Shown here: positions 1 through 15,259 of the stretch, piece after piece | Position numbering within the stretch: position 1 is the first letter of the stretch | Layout: each line of letters opens with the position of its first letter | From: an uncultured Actinomycetes bacterium | GTDB taxonomy: Bacteria; Actinomycetota; UBA4738; HRBIN12 | Length of the DNA: 64,000 nt | NCBI GenBank assembly: GCA_963821935.1 | Contig: CAWGFM010000005.1 | Location: 325,222-389,221 of the forward strand | Reading direction: 5' to 3' | Notes under the pieces: model-generated | Databases searched by the model: none | Told to the model about the DNA's origin: nothing | What the model saw: the letters and a program-made list of their open reading frames with translations, nothing else | Made by a program: the position numbers and the translations under genes

Positions 1-1839
1 CATGGATCCGGCGATCTTGAACGCCATCTCCGACGAGTCGACCTCGTGGTAGGAGCCGTCGGTGAGCGTGGCGCGCACGTCGACCATGGGGTAGCCGGCC
101 ATGATGCCGTTGTCGAGGGCTTCTTGGATGCCCTGGTCCACCGCCGGGATGTACTCACGAGGGATCTTGCCCCCCACGATCTTGTTGATGAACTCGTAAC
201 CGCCGCCGGGGCCGGTGGGCTCCAGATCGAGGACGACGTGGGCGAACTGACCCTTGCCACCGGTCTGACGCACGAAGCGCGCCACCACCTTGTGCGCTTC
301 CTTTCGGATGGTCTCCCGATAGGCGACCTGCGGCTTGCCCACGTTGGCATCGACCGCGAACTCGCGCTTGAGGCGATCCACGATGATGTCCAGGTGGAGC
401 TCGCCCATGCCGGAGATCACCGTCTGGCCGGTCTCGTCGTCGAACTTGACGACGAAGGTGGGGTCTTCTTCCGCGAGCCTGGCGAGGCCGTTGCCCAGCT
501 TGTCCTGATCGGCCTTGGTCTTGGGCTCCACCGCGACCGAGATGACCGGCGTGGGGAAGCTGATCGATTCCAGCACGACCTGGTCCTGCGGATCGCAGAT
601 CGTGTCGCCGGTGGTGGAGTGCTTCAGCCCCACCACGGCCACGATGTCGCCCGTGTACGCGGCCTCCTTGTCCTCGCGGTGGTTGGCGTGCATCTGCAGG
701 ACACGACCGATGCGCTCCTTGCGGTCCTTGGTGGAGTTCATCACGTGCGAGCCGGAGTGCAGGACCCCCGAATAGATCCGCAGGTACGTGAGGCGGCCCA
801 CGTAGGGGTCGCTCATGATCTTGAACGCGAGCGCGGAGAACGGCTCGGCATCGTCGGGGCCTCGGACGATGTGGTCGTCCTCGTGGAAAGGGCGATGGCC
901 CTCGACCGGCGGCACGTCGACCGGGCTGGGCAGGTACTGCACGACCGCGTCCAGGACCAGCTGCACGCCCTTGTTCTTGAAGGCCGAACCGCACAGCACC
1001 GGGACACCTTCGCCCGTCAGCGTGGCGCGCCGGATCGCCCGGCGGAGCTCCTCGACCGTGGGCTCGTCCTCAGCGATGAACTTCTCCATGAGGGCTTCGT
1101 CGTGGTCGGCGAGCTTCTCGAACAGCTCGTGGTGCGCAGCCTCGGCCGCGGCCTTGTACTCCTGGGGGATCTCGGTGTCCTTCCAGTCCTCCCCCATCTC
1201 GCCTTCCCAGTAGTGGCCCTTCATCTCCACGAGGTCGATGACCCCGTGCAGATCGGACTCGGTACCCCATGGGAGCTGGAGGATGAGCGGGTTGGCACCC
1301 AGACGGTCGACGATCATGCCCACGGTGCGCTCGAAATCGGCGCCCGTGCGATCCATCTTGTTCACGAAGCAGATGCGCGGCACGCTGTAGTGGTCGGCCT
1401 GGCGCCACACCGTCTCGGACTGCGGTTCGACGCCGGCGACCGCGTCGAAGACGGCAACCGCACCGTCGAGCACGCGCAGGGACCGCTCCACCTCGACGGT
1501 GAAGTCGACGTGGCCGGGGGTGTCGATGATGTTGATCCAGTGGCCTTTCCACTGACAGGTGGTGGCGGCCGACGTGATCGTGATCCCGCGCTCGCGCTCC
1601 TGCGCCATCCAGTCCATGGTGGCCGTGCCTTCGTGGACCTCACCGATCTTGTAGGCCTTGCCGGTGTAGTACAGGATGCGTTCGGTCGTGGTGGTCTTGC
1701 CCGCGTCGATGTGGGCCATGATGCCGATGTTGCGCGTGCGAGCGAGGGGGTACTCACGGATGTCCAATCCCTTCGCCCCCTTGGCCTTCACGTCCTGGTC
1801 GGTCGCTGCCACCTGCATCGTCTCCGCGGGAACCGCCAT
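1..1839 (-). CDS. fusA: Elongation factor G (partial; C-terminus runs off the window start)
   Basis: Not in the ORF track (edge-truncated). Manual reverse translation from ATG at 1839 gives [53 protein letters not shown] (G1 motif AHIDAGKT). It stays in frame to nt 1 (...[15 protein letters not shown]...[10 protein letters not shown]...[15 protein letters not shown]). Follows rpsL-rpsG as in the str operon. Confidence 0.95.
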   Translation of the reverse strand, partial: MAVPAETMQVAATDQDVKAKGAKGLDIREYPLARTRNIGIMAHIDAGKTTTTERILYYTGKAYKIGEVHEGTATMDWMAQERERGITITSAATTCQWKGHWINIIDTPGHVDFTVEVERSLRVLDGAVAVFDAVAGVEPQSETVWRQADHYSVPRICFVNKMDRTGADFERTVGMIVDRLGANPLILQLPWGTESDLHGVIDLVEMKGHYWEGEMGEDWKDTEIPQEYKAAAEAAHHELFEKLADHDEALMEKFIAEDEPTVEELRRAIRRATLTGEGVPVLCGSAFKNKGVQLVLDAVVQYLPSPVDVPPVEGHRPFHEDDHIVRGPDDAEPFSALAFKIMSDPYVGRLTYLRIYSGVLHSGSHVMNSTKDRKERIGRVLQMHANHREDKEAAYTGDIVAVVGLKHSTTGDTICDPQDQVVLESISFPTPVISVAVEPKTKADQDKLGNGLARLAEEDPTFVVKFDDETGQTVISGMGELHLDIIVDRLKREFAVDANVGKPQVAYRETIRKEAHKVVARFVRQTGGKGQFAHVVLDLEPTGPGGGYEFINKIVGGKIPREYIPAVDQGIQEALDNGIMAGYPMVDVRATLTDGSYHEVDSSEMAFKIAGSM

Positions 1840-1924
1840 CAGCGGACCCCTGCTCTCGGGGCGGGGTCTATCCCCGCCCAACGAACGGCCGGGCACGAGG
1901 CCCGGCCGACGGAACTGTCCTCGC

Positions 1925-2395
1925 TCACCACCGGTAGTGAGCGAACGCCTTGTTCGCCTCGGCCATCTTGTGCATGTCCTCACGCCGCTTGACCGAGGTG
2001 CCGGCGCCGTTGGCGGCGTCCATGATCTCCTGCGTCAGGCGCTCCGCCATGGAGTTCTCGCGGCGAGCGCGGCTGTAGTTGACGAGCCACCGCAGCGCCA
2101 GCGTGGTGCCTCGCTGCGGCTTGACCTCGACCGGCACCTGGTAGGACGCACCACCGACGCGGCGAGACTTGACCTCGAGCATGGGACGCACGTTCTCCAC
2201 GGCCTTCTTCAACGTGATGACCGGGTCGTTGGCCGTCTTCTGACTGATCTGCTCGAGCGCTTCGTACACCGTGCGCTCGGCCACGGTCTTCTTGCCGTCC
2301 AGCAGGACCTTGTTGATGAGCTGGGTCACCAACGGGTTCTGGTAGACGGGGTCAGGCGCGATGTCGCGGCGTACGGCAGGTCCCTTGCGCGGCAT
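1925..2395 (-). CDS. rpsG: 30S ribosomal protein S7
   Basis: 156-aa [39 protein letters not shown]...FAHYRW, the canonical S7 sequence; 2 nt after rpsL. Confidence 0.97.
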   Translation of the reverse strand: MPRKGPAVRRDIAPDPVYQNPLVTQLINKVLLDGKKTVAERTVYEALEQISQKTANDPVITLKKAVENVRPMLEVKSRRVGGASYQVPVEVKPQRGTTLALRWLVNYSRARRENSMAERLTQEIMDAANGAGTSVKRREDMHKMAEANKAFAHYRW

Positions 2396-2397
2396 GA

Positions 2398-2772
<375 letters not shown>

Positions 2773-3069
2773 AGATCTCTCGTCTGCACTCTGTCGTTGT
2801 CAAACACCGGAGCTCCGCGTGAGCCGAGCCCGCGGGCCGTTCTGAGCAACCCGTGAGAGCGCAGCGAACACGCCGATCGCTCTTCGGATCTCACCCCGGA
2901 GCCGGGGTGTGACGCGCCGGTGGCCCGCCGAGCCGGGGCGCGACCCGTAAACCTACAGGTCGCACACACGAGCGTCAACGCGAACGGGATGCCTGGGCGG
3001 ACCGTGTGAGGTGATCCGCCGCCCCGACGTCGCGAATGGCTCGAAGGCCGTTGATAGGGTACCGAACCG

Positions 3070-3885
3070 ATGGCCTCCCCGTCCGCTCCATCCTCTCGAT
3101 CCGCTGCCATCGCGGCCCTCGCGACCGAGCGCGGCGCCCAGATCGTCCGGGACGCGGGCCTGCAGGGAACGACCACCCTCGAATCCAAGGGCCTGCCCGG
3201 CGACTACGTGACAGACGTCGATCTGGCATCGGAAGCGGCGATCGTCGCGCTGCTGGCCGTGGAGACCCCCGACATCCCCGTACACGGCGAGGAGGGCGGC
3301 GGCCAGACGGGCGATCGCTACTGGGTGGTGGACCCGCTGGACGGCACGACCAACTTCGCTCACGGATTCCCCGCCGTGGGGGTGTCGGTCGCCCTGGTCG
3401 AACACGGACGGCCCACGGCAGGCAGCGTGTGTGCGCCGTTCCTGGGCACCACCTACTTCGGAGCCCACGGCCATGGGGCATGGGTCTCGCGCGGCGGAGA
3501 CGAGCCCGTCCCGCTGCACGTGTCGCACCGGGAACCGCCGCACGCCGTGGTCGCCACCGGCTTCCCGTTCCGGCGGAAAGCCCGGCTGCTGGAGGGCTAC
3601 CTCATGACGATGACCGCGGCGCTAGCTCGTTTCGAAGACCTCCGACGGCCGGGCGCCGCGTCACTGGACCTGGCGTGGGTGGCCGAAGGCGTGTTCGACG
3701 GATTCTTCGAGCTCGCGCTCGGCGCGTGGGACGTGGCGGCCGGAGGCGTGCTGATCGAGGCCGCCGGCGGCGTCGTCACCGACTGGGAAGGCGGTCCGGA
3801 TTGGCTCGCCGGCGACATCCTGGCCGGCCCTGCCGCCGTCCACGCCGAGCTGCTGGGTCTGGCCGCCATGACGCGGCCCCGCTAG
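3070..3885 (+). CDS. Inositol monophosphatase family protein (SuhB/ImpA-like)
   Basis: 271-aa ORF with IMPase motifs: DVDLASEAAIV, WVVDPLDGTTNFAHG, WDVAAGGVLIEAAGG. The overlapping ORFs in other frames are Arg/Pro-rich shadows. Confidence 0.85.
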   Translation: MASPSAPSSRSAAIAALATERGAQIVRDAGLQGTTTLESKGLPGDYVTDVDLASEAAIVALLAVETPDIPVHGEEGGGQTGDRYWVVDPLDGTTNFAHGFPAVGVSVALVEHGRPTAGSVCAPFLGTTYFGAHGHGAWVSRGGDEPVPLHVSHREPPHAVVATGFPFRRKARLLEGYLMTMTAALARFEDLRRPGAASLDLAWVAEGVFDGFFELALGAWDVAAGGVLIEAAGGVVTDWEGGPDWLAGDILAGPAAVHAELLGLAAMTRPR

Positions 3886-3986
3886 CGTCATCGCGCAAGG
3901 CACCGAAGACGCAACGCAGACCAGCACGAAGCCGGCATGAAGAAGGACCGGGATGACCCGGACCTTCTCGATGCCGTGGTGCCGAT

Positions 3987-4001
3987 CCCCTCGGCGAGGG
4001 G
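3987..4001 (-). terminator. Possible stem-loop immediately after the rpoC stop
   Basis: CCCCTC-ggc-GAGGGG inverted repeat abutting the rpoC stop codon, in the convergent gap with the IMPase gene. No U-tract. Confidence 0.3.
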
Positions 4002-4002
4002 C

Positions 4003-7000
4003 TTACTCCTCGGAGTCGGCCGAGACCGCCGACAACGAGCCACCGAGCATCTTCTCGGCCTGCTCACGAGTGAGGCCCACCAGGGCGGGCTCGCCGGAGT
4101 CGACCGCAGCCGCCTCCGCCAGTTCACGCTGACGCGCGAGCCAGTACTCGGGGATGGCGTCCGGCTTGATCTTGACCCCGACGTTGCGGTAGCGGGGCAG
4201 GCCCGAACCCGCCGGGATCAGCTTGCCGATGATGACGTTCTCCTTGAGACCCAACAGCGGGTCGGACTTGGCGCTGATGGCCGCGTCCGTGAGGACCCGG
4301 GTGGTTTCCTGGAAGGACGCCGCCGACAGCCACGAGTCGGTCGCGAGCGATGCCTTGGTGATGCCCAACAGGACCGGACGGGCGCTGGCGGGCACGCCGC
4401 CGTTCTCGACGACCTCGGCGTTCGCCTCTTCGAAGCGTCGCCGAGCCACCATGTCACCAGGCAGGTACTGGGAATCACCGGGCTCGATGATGTGAACCTT
4501 GCGCAGCATCTGTCGCGCGATCAGTTCGATGTGCTTGTCGTGGATCGTGACGCCCTGGCTGCGGTACACCTGCTGGACCTCGTCCACCAGGTGCTGCTGC
4601 AGGGCCAGCACACCTTCGACCCGCAGCTTCTCGTGCGGGTTGACCGAGCCTTCGGTGAGCTGCTGGCCGACCTCGACGGTGTCACCTCCGGACACGGTGA
4701 GACGGGCCCGGAAGGAGACCGGGTACTCCACCATGTCGCCCGAGTCGTCGGTGACCGTGATGCGCCGCACGTGCTTCTCGTCGTCGTCCTCGATGGCCAC
4801 CGTGCCGGAGAGCTCGGTGATCTGCGCCTCGCCCTTGGGCTTGCGCGCCTCGAACAGCTCGACGACGCGCGGGAGGCCGTGGGTGATGTCTTCTCCGGCG
4901 ACACCGCCGGTGTGGAAGGTTCGCATGGTGAGCTGCGTGCCGGGCTCGCCGATCGACTGCGCCGCGATGATGCCGACGGCTTCGCCGATGTCGACCATCC
5001 GCCCCGTCGCCAGCGAGCGGCCGTAGCACACGGCGCAAACGCCCACTTCGGCCTCGCACGCCGTGACCGACCGAACCTGGACGGTGTCGACGCCCGAGTC
5101 GACCACGATGGCCGTGACCTCGTCGTCGAGCTCGTCGCCCGCATGGGCGATCTTCTTGCTCCCGACCTTGACGTCCTCGGCCAGCACGCGGCCGAAGACC
5201 GACGTGTCGACATGGGCGCTCTTGGCCTGGGATCCGTCGGGGCGAGGCACGTTGATCTGGATCGGGATCGACCGATCGGTGCCGCAGTCCTCTTCACGGA
5301 CGATGAGCTCCTGGGCCACGTCGACCAGACGACGCGTGAGGTAGCCCGAGTCGGCCGTGCGCAGCGCGGTGTCGGCCAGACCCTTTCGGGCGCCGTGCGT
5401 GGAGATGAAGTACTCCAACACGGACAGGCCCTCGCGGAAGTTCGACTTGATCGGCCGCGGGATGATCTCACCCTTCGGGTTGGCCACCAGCCCACGCATG
5501 CCCGCCAGCTGGCGGATCTGCATGATGTTCCCTCGAGCACCGGAGTTGGCCATCATGTAGATCGGGTTGGTGGCGGTGAACCCTTCTTCCATGGCGACCT
5601 TGACGTCGTCGGTGGCCTTGGTCCAGATCTCGATGAGCTCCTGACGGCGCTCGTCGTCGGTGATGATGCCCTTGCGGTACTGGCCTTCCACCTTCTGAGC
5701 GGACTTCTCGTGCTCGTCCAGGATCTTCTGCTTGGTGGGCGGCACGGTGACGTCCTCGATGCCGATCGTGACGCCGGCGCGGGTGGCGTAGTGGAAGCCG
5801 AGATCCTTGAGGCCGTCCAGGATGGATTCCGTGGTGGCTCGGTCGTAGCGGTGCACGGCCTCGTCGACCAGACGAGCCACATCGGCCTTGAGCATGGAGT
5901 GGTTGCGGTACTCGAAGTCGGCCGGGAACACCTGGTTCAAGATGATGCGCCCGATGGTGGTGCGCACCACGGGTGCAACGCCCGAGTCCGGGTCCCACCC
6001 CTCAGGCACCATCTCTTCGGGCAACACCTTGTCGCGGAGCCGGATCCGAACCGGGGCGTGCAGGGAATAGCCACGGTCCAGCGCCAGCAGTGCCTCGCCT
6101 TCGCTGCCGAAGGTGGGGATCTGCTCGTCCTTGGCCTTCTCGTCGCTGGCCAGAGACAGGTAGTAGAGCCCCAGCACCATGTCCTGGGACGGCGTCGCGA
6201 TGGGACGCCCGTGCGCCGGCGACAGGATGTTGTTGGCCGACAGCATGAGGATGCGGGCCTCCGCCTGCGCTTCGGCGGACAGTGGCACGTGCACGGCCAT
6301 CTGGTCACCGTCGAAGTCGGCGTTGAACGCCGCGCACACGAGCGGATGGATCTTGATGGCCTTGCCCTCGACCAGTACCGGCTCGAACGCCTGGATGCCC
6401 AGGCGGTGCAAGGTAGGTGCGCGGTTCAGCAGCACCGGGTGCTCGCGGATGACCTCTTCGAGCACGTCCCAGACCTGTGGACGGGCACGCTCGACCATGC
6501 GCTTGGCGCTCTTGATGTTCTGCGCCAGGTTCTGGTCGACGAGCCGCTTCATGACGAACGGCTTGAACAGCTCGAGCGCCATCTGCTTGGGCAGCCCGCA
6601 CTGGTGCAGGCGGAGCTCCGGCCCGACCACGATGACCGAGCGACCCGAGTAGTCCACTCGCTTGCCGAGCAGGTTCTGGCGGAACCGGCCTTGCTTGCCC
6701 TTCAGCATGTCCGAGAGCGACTTCAGCGGACGGTTGCCCGGCCCCGTGACGGGGCGGCCACGACGGCCGTTGTCGAACAACGCGTCGACGGCCTCCTGCA
6801 GCATGCGCTTCTCGTTGTTGACGATGATCTCGGGGGCCTGCAGGTCCAGCAGTCGCTTCAGACGGTTGTTCCGGTTGATGACGCGCCGGTACAGGTCGTT
6901 GAGGTCGGACGTGGCGAACCGGCCACCGTCGAGCTGCACCATGGGGCGCAGGTCGGGCGGGATCACCGGCACGGCATCGAGCACCATGCCCACGGGGTTG

Positions 7001-7920
7001 GACTTGCCGTCGACGAAGTTGGACACGACCTTCAGGCGCTTGATGGCCTTGAGCCGCTTCGTTCCCTTGCCGTTGTCGATGACGTCGCGCAGCGCGGCCG
7101 CCTCGACCTCGACGTCGTAGTCCTGCAGCAGGCGCTTGATGGCCTCGGCACCCATGCCACCATCGAAGTAATCACCGAAGCGCTCACGCAGGCTGCGGTA
7201 GACGTTGTCGTCGGCCACCAGCTGCTTAACGGACAGGCCCTTGAACGAACCCAGCACGTCGTCCAGGTGCTGGGTTTCGCGTGCCATGGACTCGGTGATG
7301 CGCTCAACATCGCGCTGGGCCTCGCGCTTGGCGGCCGACAGCTGGGCACCCTTGGCGCCCTCGGACTCCAGCTCCTTGAGGCGGTCCTCCAGCTCGATGA
7401 GGCGCTTCTTGATCTGATCGTCGCGGTCGGCGTCGAGACCCTTCTTCTCCTGCTCCAGCTCGGCTTCGATCTCGGGCAGGTCGTTGTGACGACGGTCGTC
7501 GTCGATGCGGGTGATGACGTAGGCCGCGAAATAGATGATGCGCTCGAGGTCCTTGGGAGCGAGGTCGAGCAGGTACCCCAGGCGCGATGGAACGCCCTTG
7601 AAGTACCAGATGTGCGTGACGGGAGCCGCCAACTCGATGTGGCCCATGCGGTCACGGCGCACCTTGCTGCGCGTGATCTCCACGCCGCAGCGCTCGCAGA
7701 TGATGCCCTTGAACCGCACGCGCTTGTACTTGCCGCAATGGCATTCCCAGTCGCGGGTGGGCCCGAAGATGCGCTCGCAGAACAAGCCGTCCTTCTCGGG
7801 CTTCAGGGTGCGGTAGTTGATGGTCTCCGGCTTCTTGACCTCACCGTTGGACCAGGCACGGATCTGGTCCGCCTGGGCCAAGCCGATCCGGAGCTCATCG
7901 AAGTAGTTCACGTCCAGCAC
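4003..7920 (-). CDS. rpoC: DNA-directed RNA polymerase subunit beta'
   Basis: 1305-aa [18 protein letters not shown]...; Zn-finger [22 protein letters not shown]; catalytic [12 protein letters not shown]. Confidence 0.98.
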   Translation of the reverse strand: MLDVNYFDELRIGLAQADQIRAWSNGEVKKPETINYRTLKPEKDGLFCERIFGPTRDWECHCGKYKRVRFKGIICERCGVEITRSKVRRDRMGHIELAAPVTHIWYFKGVPSRLGYLLDLAPKDLERIIYFAAYVITRIDDDRRHNDLPEIEAELEQEKKGLDADRDDQIKKRLIELEDRLKELESEGAKGAQLSAAKREAQRDVERITESMARETQHLDDVLGSFKGLSVKQLVADDNVYRSLRERFGDYFDGGMGAEAIKRLLQDYDVEVEAAALRDVIDNGKGTKRLKAIKRLKVVSNFVDGKSNPVGMVLDAVPVIPPDLRPMVQLDGGRFATSDLNDLYRRVINRNNRLKRLLDLQAPEIIVNNEKRMLQEAVDALFDNGRRGRPVTGPGNRPLKSLSDMLKGKQGRFRQNLLGKRVDYSGRSVIVVGPELRLHQCGLPKQMALELFKPFVMKRLVDQNLAQNIKSAKRMVERARPQVWDVLEEVIREHPVLLNRAPTLHRLGIQAFEPVLVEGKAIKIHPLVCAAFNADFDGDQMAVHVPLSAEAQAEARILMLSANNILSPAHGRPIATPSQDMVLGLYYLSLASDEKAKDEQIPTFGSEGEALLALDRGYSLHAPVRIRLRDKVLPEEMVPEGWDPDSGVAPVVRTTIGRIILNQVFPADFEYRNHSMLKADVARLVDEAVHRYDRATTESILDGLKDLGFHYATRAGVTIGIEDVTVPPTKQKILDEHEKSAQKVEGQYRKGIITDDERRQELIEIWTKATDDVKVAMEEGFTATNPIYMMANSGARGNIMQIRQLAGMRGLVANPKGEIIPRPIKSNFREGLSVLEYFISTHGARKGLADTALRTADSGYLTRRLVDVAQELIVREEDCGTDRSIPIQINVPRPDGSQAKSAHVDTSVFGRVLAEDVKVGSKKIAHAGDELDDEVTAIVVDSGVDTVQVRSVTACEAEVGVCAVCYGRSLATGRMVDIGEAVGIIAAQSIGEPGTQLTMRTFHTGGVAGEDITHGLPRVVELFEARKPKGEAQITELSGTVAIEDDDEKHVRRITVTDDSGDMVEYPVSFRARLTVSGGDTVEVGQQLTEGSVNPHEKLRVEGVLALQQHLVDEVQQVYRSQGVTIHDKHIELIARQMLRKVHIIEPGDSQYLPGDMVARRRFEEANAEVVENGGVPASARPVLLGITKASLATDSWLSAASFQETTRVLTDAAISAKSDPLLGLKENVIIGKLIPAGSGLPRYRNVGVKIKPDAIPEYWLARQRELAEAAAVDSGEPALVGLTREQAEKMLGGSLSAVSADSEE

Positions 7921-7984
7921 TGGGCTGTCGCCTCCTCAGCGTTTCGTTGCCGCAACAGGGTCAACGCGTTCGCATTCCACGTGG

Positions 7985-11437
<3,453 letters not shown>

Positions 11438-11658
11438 GAGATACCCCTCCCAGGGAGACTAGAGCGGCGCATAGCAGAGCGGGTGGACGGCACGGGAAGA
11501 GATAGTGTACGCACGGAAATGGGCACCGTCAATAGCGCCCCCCGCCTCGGGTGTCGGCCCCAACCAACGGAGCCCCCTCGACGCAGACGCCGGAAGGGTA
11601 CGTCCCAGAACCGGCGAGGTCAACCCATCGTTCGGCCTATCTGCGCTAGGGTGCGCGC

Positions 11659-13530
11659 GTGAACGACCCCCTCCCCGCCTCCGATCAGGGTCCGCCACCG
11701 CGGCGCCGGCGGGTGCATCGGACCACCGGACAGCGTGTGGTGCTCGCCGTGTTCGCCGGCCTGGCCGCAGCCGCGATCGTCCTGGTGCTCGACGGTCTGT
11801 GGGCGGGTCGGGCGATGTTCCGGGGAGTGGCCGAGGCCCGCAGCGCGTTGACGGAAGGCGCCGTGGCGGTGGTCACGGGCGATCCGGCCGCGGCGCGGCC
11901 ATTGTTCGAACTCGCCGCCGAGGCAGCCGACTCCACGGTGGGGGCCACCGCGCATCCATCGATCGAGCTCGCCGAACGGATCCCGTGGCTCGGCGACAAC
12001 ATCAAGGCCGTGGAGGCAGTGGCCAGGGCGTCGGAACGCAGTGCGAACGCGGGTCTGACCATGGTCGAGGCCGCCATGGTCATGGACTGGCAGGATGTGA
12101 GGCTGCCCGCGACGCAGGCTCTGGGATCGGTCGACCTTCCGAAGCTCCGGGCCGCGACGCCCCTGCTGGAAGCGGTGGCGAAAGGGCTCGGCGTCGCCGA
12201 GGCGCAACTGTCGGTGGCCGACACGGGGCGACTCGTGGGGCCCATCGCGACCGGCTACCAGGACGCGCTCGCGACCCTGCGCCGGAGGTATCGCATCGCA
12301 AGCCAGGCCCGTGACCTCGCCCGACTGCTGCCGGGGTTCTTGGGTGCGGGTGGCTCGCGCTCCTACCTGTTGGCGGTGCAATCGCTCGGGCTCCCCCAAG
12401 GGACGGGCGGCCGGATCGACCTGGTCGGCACGTTGGTGGCCGAGCGTGGGCAGCTCAGCCTGGATGGGCCGCTGGTCGCCGCCGGACCGGCCTTCGGCGA
12501 AGCGAACGTCGATCCGGACGGGCCGACGTCGGCGCGAGAGCTCCTGTCGATCGCCGCGGCCTCAGGCCTGGGTGAGCTGGACGGCGTGGTGTTGATCGAT
12601 TCGGTGTGGCTCCGCGACGCCCTTTGGGTCTCCGGGCAGCTCGAGATCCCGGGGCGCCGGCAGCCGCTGACCATGGACAACGTAGGCGATCTGCTCGAAC
12701 GTCAGGTCTTCGAGGTCACGGATCGGACCGAGGCAGCGCTCTCGCGCGCCCGCCTGGCGAACGCGATCGTCGAGGCCTACCTGGAGCGCCGGCCGGCCAC
12801 CGAAGCCTTCGCGATCGGCTCGGCCACCGACGCCGCACAGCGCCACCAGATCCTGTACTCGACCCGACCGAAAGAACAGGTGATCCTGGAGCGGCTGGAG
12901 ACGGCGGGCATCTACGAGCCTGGAGCCAACCCACTCGCGCTCACATGGCGAACCCTGGTGGACAACCACGCCGTGCTCCTCGCCCGGCGGTCGGTGACCC
13001 ATACCGTGACCCTCAGATCCGACGGCTCTGCGCTGGTTCGAACCATCGTCGAATTGGTGAATCGGTCTCCCCTGGAGCCGCCCTCGGTGTTCCTGGGCCT
13101 GCCGCTTCCCGCCACGGTGCCGGAACCGGGCGGGGTCGACCCCGTGGGCGGATGGGCAGGCGAGGTGCAGGTCGCCCTGCCGCGGGGAGCCACCCGGGTC
13201 GCGGCCGAGACGAGCATCCCCAGCGAGACGGCGGTGGTTCGAGACCAGGGTCGGGACTATGCCGTCGCCACGCTTGCGACCGATCCCGGCGACCAGATGG
13301 CGCTGACCGTGACGTACACGCTCCCCCGAGCGACGCCCAAGAACGGTCAGGAGTTCCGGATGCTGCTGCTCCCACAGCCCGCGCTGGATGCCGGGACCGT
13401 CCGCATCAAGATCGACGTACCCAGCGGGTCATCGATCGCCGAGGCATCGCCGGCGATGCGAGTGGCCGGAGGATCGGGTCAGTTCGTGGGCAACCCCAGC
13501 GAGCCCATCCCTCTCTGGGTTCGATGGTGA
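11659..13530 (+). CDS. Membrane-anchored hypothetical protein, DUF4012-like
   Basis: 623-aa ORF with an N-terminal TM helix (VVLAVFAGLAAAAIVLVLDGLWAG) followed by a large soluble region. Size and architecture recall actinobacterial DUF4012 proteins. That family call is from memory and was not searched. Confidence 0.55.
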   Translation: MNDPLPASDQGPPPRRRRVHRTTGQRVVLAVFAGLAAAAIVLVLDGLWAGRAMFRGVAEARSALTEGAVAVVTGDPAAARPLFELAAEAADSTVGATAHPSIELAERIPWLGDNIKAVEAVARASERSANAGLTMVEAAMVMDWQDVRLPATQALGSVDLPKLRAATPLLEAVAKGLGVAEAQLSVADTGRLVGPIATGYQDALATLRRRYRIASQARDLARLLPGFLGAGGSRSYLLAVQSLGLPQGTGGRIDLVGTLVAERGQLSLDGPLVAAGPAFGEANVDPDGPTSARELLSIAAASGLGELDGVVLIDSVWLRDALWVSGQLEIPGRRQPLTMDNVGDLLERQVFEVTDRTEAALSRARLANAIVEAYLERRPATEAFAIGSATDAAQRHQILYSTRPKEQVILERLETAGIYEPGANPLALTWRTLVDNHAVLLARRSVTHTVTLRSDGSALVRTIVELVNRSPLEPPSVFLGLPLPATVPEPGGVDPVGGWAGEVQVALPRGATRVAAETSIPSETAVVRDQGRDYAVATLATDPGDQMALTVTYTLPRATPKNGQEFRMLLLPQPALDAGTVRIKIDVPSGSSIAEASPAMRVAGGSGQFVGNPSEPIPLWVRW

Positions 13531-13576
13531 GGGCGAGGTCGCGAGCCTCGAAGCCCGGGAAGCCCCGGTCGCCGAG

Positions 13577-14008
13577 CTAGACCGTCGCCCAGGAGGGGTC
13601 CGACCCTGACGGCGCCGGCGCGCCTTCGGCGGGTCCGGCGACCGATTCGATGCCACCCAGTGCCTGGACCATGTCGGCGACGGCCTGCGCCAGCCTCGAG
13701 CCCTGCTCCTTGGAAGAGATCGTCACGCCGCGATCGTGCAAGACGTTGAAGAAGTCCTCCATGACCGCTCGCTGGTCGCCCAACAGGGAGGCTTCGGAAA
13801 CGTTGAGCGCACGTGCCAGACGAGCGAGCGTCTGGATCGAGGGCTCGACGTGGCCGTTCTCATAGCGCGACAGCCGGGCTTTGGGGATGCCCGACAACTC
13901 CTCGAGCTCAGACTGACTGAGCCCTGCCCCCAAACGCGCTTCTCGCAACCGATTCCCGAAATGCTTGCCATCGTCCTGGTAGTACACGGGCAAACCCCCC
14001 TCGTTCAT
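13577..14008 (-). CDS. XRE-family helix-turn-helix transcriptional regulator
   Basis: 143-aa ORF with an HTH_3 signature: FGNRLREARLGAGLSQSELEELSGIPKARLSRYENGHVEPSIQTLARLARALNVS. Confidence 0.8.
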   Translation of the reverse strand: MNEGGLPVYYQDDGKHFGNRLREARLGAGLSQSELEELSGIPKARLSRYENGHVEPSIQTLARLARALNVSEASLLGDQRAVMEDFFNVLHDRGVTISSKEQGSRLAQAVADMVQALGGIESVAGPAEGAPAPSGSDPSWATV

Positions 14009-14110
14009 TCGGTACCGAAGCTCCCTCTGCGCCGAACCGTAGCACAGGGGTTGCGCACGAGAGAGGGGGGTTCTGCCTACGAGAACCTGTGCGATTCGTC
14101 CACGGTCGCG

Positions 14111-14142
14111 AACCGGGCGGGACCAACAGGCCCCGCCCGGTT
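14111..14142 (-). terminator. Strong stem-loop downstream of rplL (terminator/attenuator candidate)
   Basis: An 11-bp perfect stem, AACCGGGCGGG (14111-14121) with CCCGCCCGGTT (14132-14142), and a 10-nt loop. It lies 29 nt after the rplL stop. Confidence 0.5.
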
Positions 14143-14170
14143 GCTCGGTGCAGACATCCTGGAGGGCGGC

Positions 14171-14557
14171 TTACTTGACCTCGACCGATGCTCCGGCGCC
14201 TTCCAGCTGCTCCTTGGCCTTGTCGGCAGCCTCCTTGGTGACCTTCTCCAACACGGGCTTGGGAGCGCCGTCCACGAGGTCCTTCGCCTCCTTGAGGCCG
14301 AGACTGGTGAGGGATCGCACCTCCTTGATGACCTGGATCTTCTTGTCGCCGGCGCCCGTCAAGACCACGTCGAACTCATCTTGCTCCTCGGCACCACCGG
14401 TGTCGCCGCCTCCACTCGGGGAAGCCATCACGACCGGCGCGGCGGCGGCGGCCGTCACGTCGAAGGTCTCCTCGAACTGCTTGATGAACTCGGACAGCTC
14501 CAGGAGGGTCATCTCCTTGAACTGGTCGAGCAGATCGTCGGTGCTCATCTTCGCCAT
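14171..14557 (-). CDS. rplL: 50S ribosomal protein L7/L12
   Basis: 128-aa [37 protein letters not shown]...[14 protein letters not shown]. Confidence 0.97.
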   Translation of the reverse strand: MAKMSTDDLLDQFKEMTLLELSEFIKQFEETFDVTAAAAAPVVMASPSGGGDTGGAEEQDEFDVVLTGAGDKKIQVIKEVRSLTSLGLKEAKDLVDGAPKPVLEKVTKEAADKAKEQLEGAGASVEVK

Positions 14558-14560
14558 GAC

Positions 14561-15259
14561 TTACGCCTCTCCTTCGGCTGATCCCGGTTCTGGGGCTGCT
14601 TGTTCCGTGGCCCCTTCCGGTTCCGGTTCCGGTTCTGCTTCTGCTTCTGGTTCCGCTCCTGGTTCTGCGGCCTCCACCGGATCCTGTGGTTGCGTGGCGG
14701 CCGGCTCGGCGGTCTCCGCCGCGGGCAAGCTGGCCCGGTAGGCGTCCAGGACCGAGAGGAACTTGGATTGAGCGCCCACGAACAGCGCCGCCGCCTTCGA
14801 CATCTCCGACTTCGCCAGGCCGGCGATCTTGGACAGCATCGCCTCGCGCGATTCCAGAGAAGCCAGCGCCTTCGCCTCATCGGCAGACAGGATCTTGCCG
14901 TCCATGAACCCGCCCTTGAGGACCAGCGTGGGGAACTTCTTCGCGCTGTCGACCACGGACTTGGCCGCCGCGACGGGGTCACCGTCGACGAACGCCACCG
15001 CTGACGGGCCATCGAGCAGGCTCGTGATCTCCGCCAGACCGGCATCATTGGCTGCTCGGCGCATCAGCGTGTTCTTGACCACCGCGAAGCTGGTGCCACC
15101 CTCGGCGAGAGAGCGGCGGAGCTCGGTGATCTCCGACACGGTGAGGCCCCGGTACTCGGTCAGCAGCAGGGCGTCGGACGATTCGATCCGCCGCTTCAGC
15201 TCGGCGACCCGCTGGACCTTCTCCGGTTTGGGCTCGTGTGTGGATGGGACTTCGGCCAT
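14561..15259 (-). CDS. rplJ: 50S ribosomal protein L10 with an acidic Pro/Glu/Ala-rich C-terminal extension
   Basis: 232-aa ORF. The core is KPEKVQRVAELKRRIESSDALLLTEYRGLTVSEITELRRSL. It is followed by a low-complexity tail of about 55 aa: AAETAEPAATQPQDPVEAAEPGAEPEAEAEPEPEPEGATEQAAPEPGSAEGEA. Confidence 0.95.
   Translation of the reverse strand: MAEVPSTHEPKPEKVQRVAELKRRIESSDALLLTEYRGLTVSEITELRRSLAEGGTSFAVVKNTLMRRAANDAGLAEITSLLDGPSAVAFVDGDPVAAAKSVVDSAKKFPTLVLKGGFMDGKILSADEAKALASLESREAMLSKIAGLAKSEMSKAAALFVGAQSKFLSVLDAYRASLPAAETAEPAATQPQDPVEAAEPGAEPEAEAEPEPEPEGATEQAAPEPGSAEGEA

Noticed and set aside
46-1992. 648-aa plus-strand ORF covering the first 2 kb
   Set aside because: It is an antisense shadow of fusA, whose minus-strand translation gives a textbook EF-G sequence. 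The plus-frame product is Gly/Arg/Val/His-rich with no motifs.
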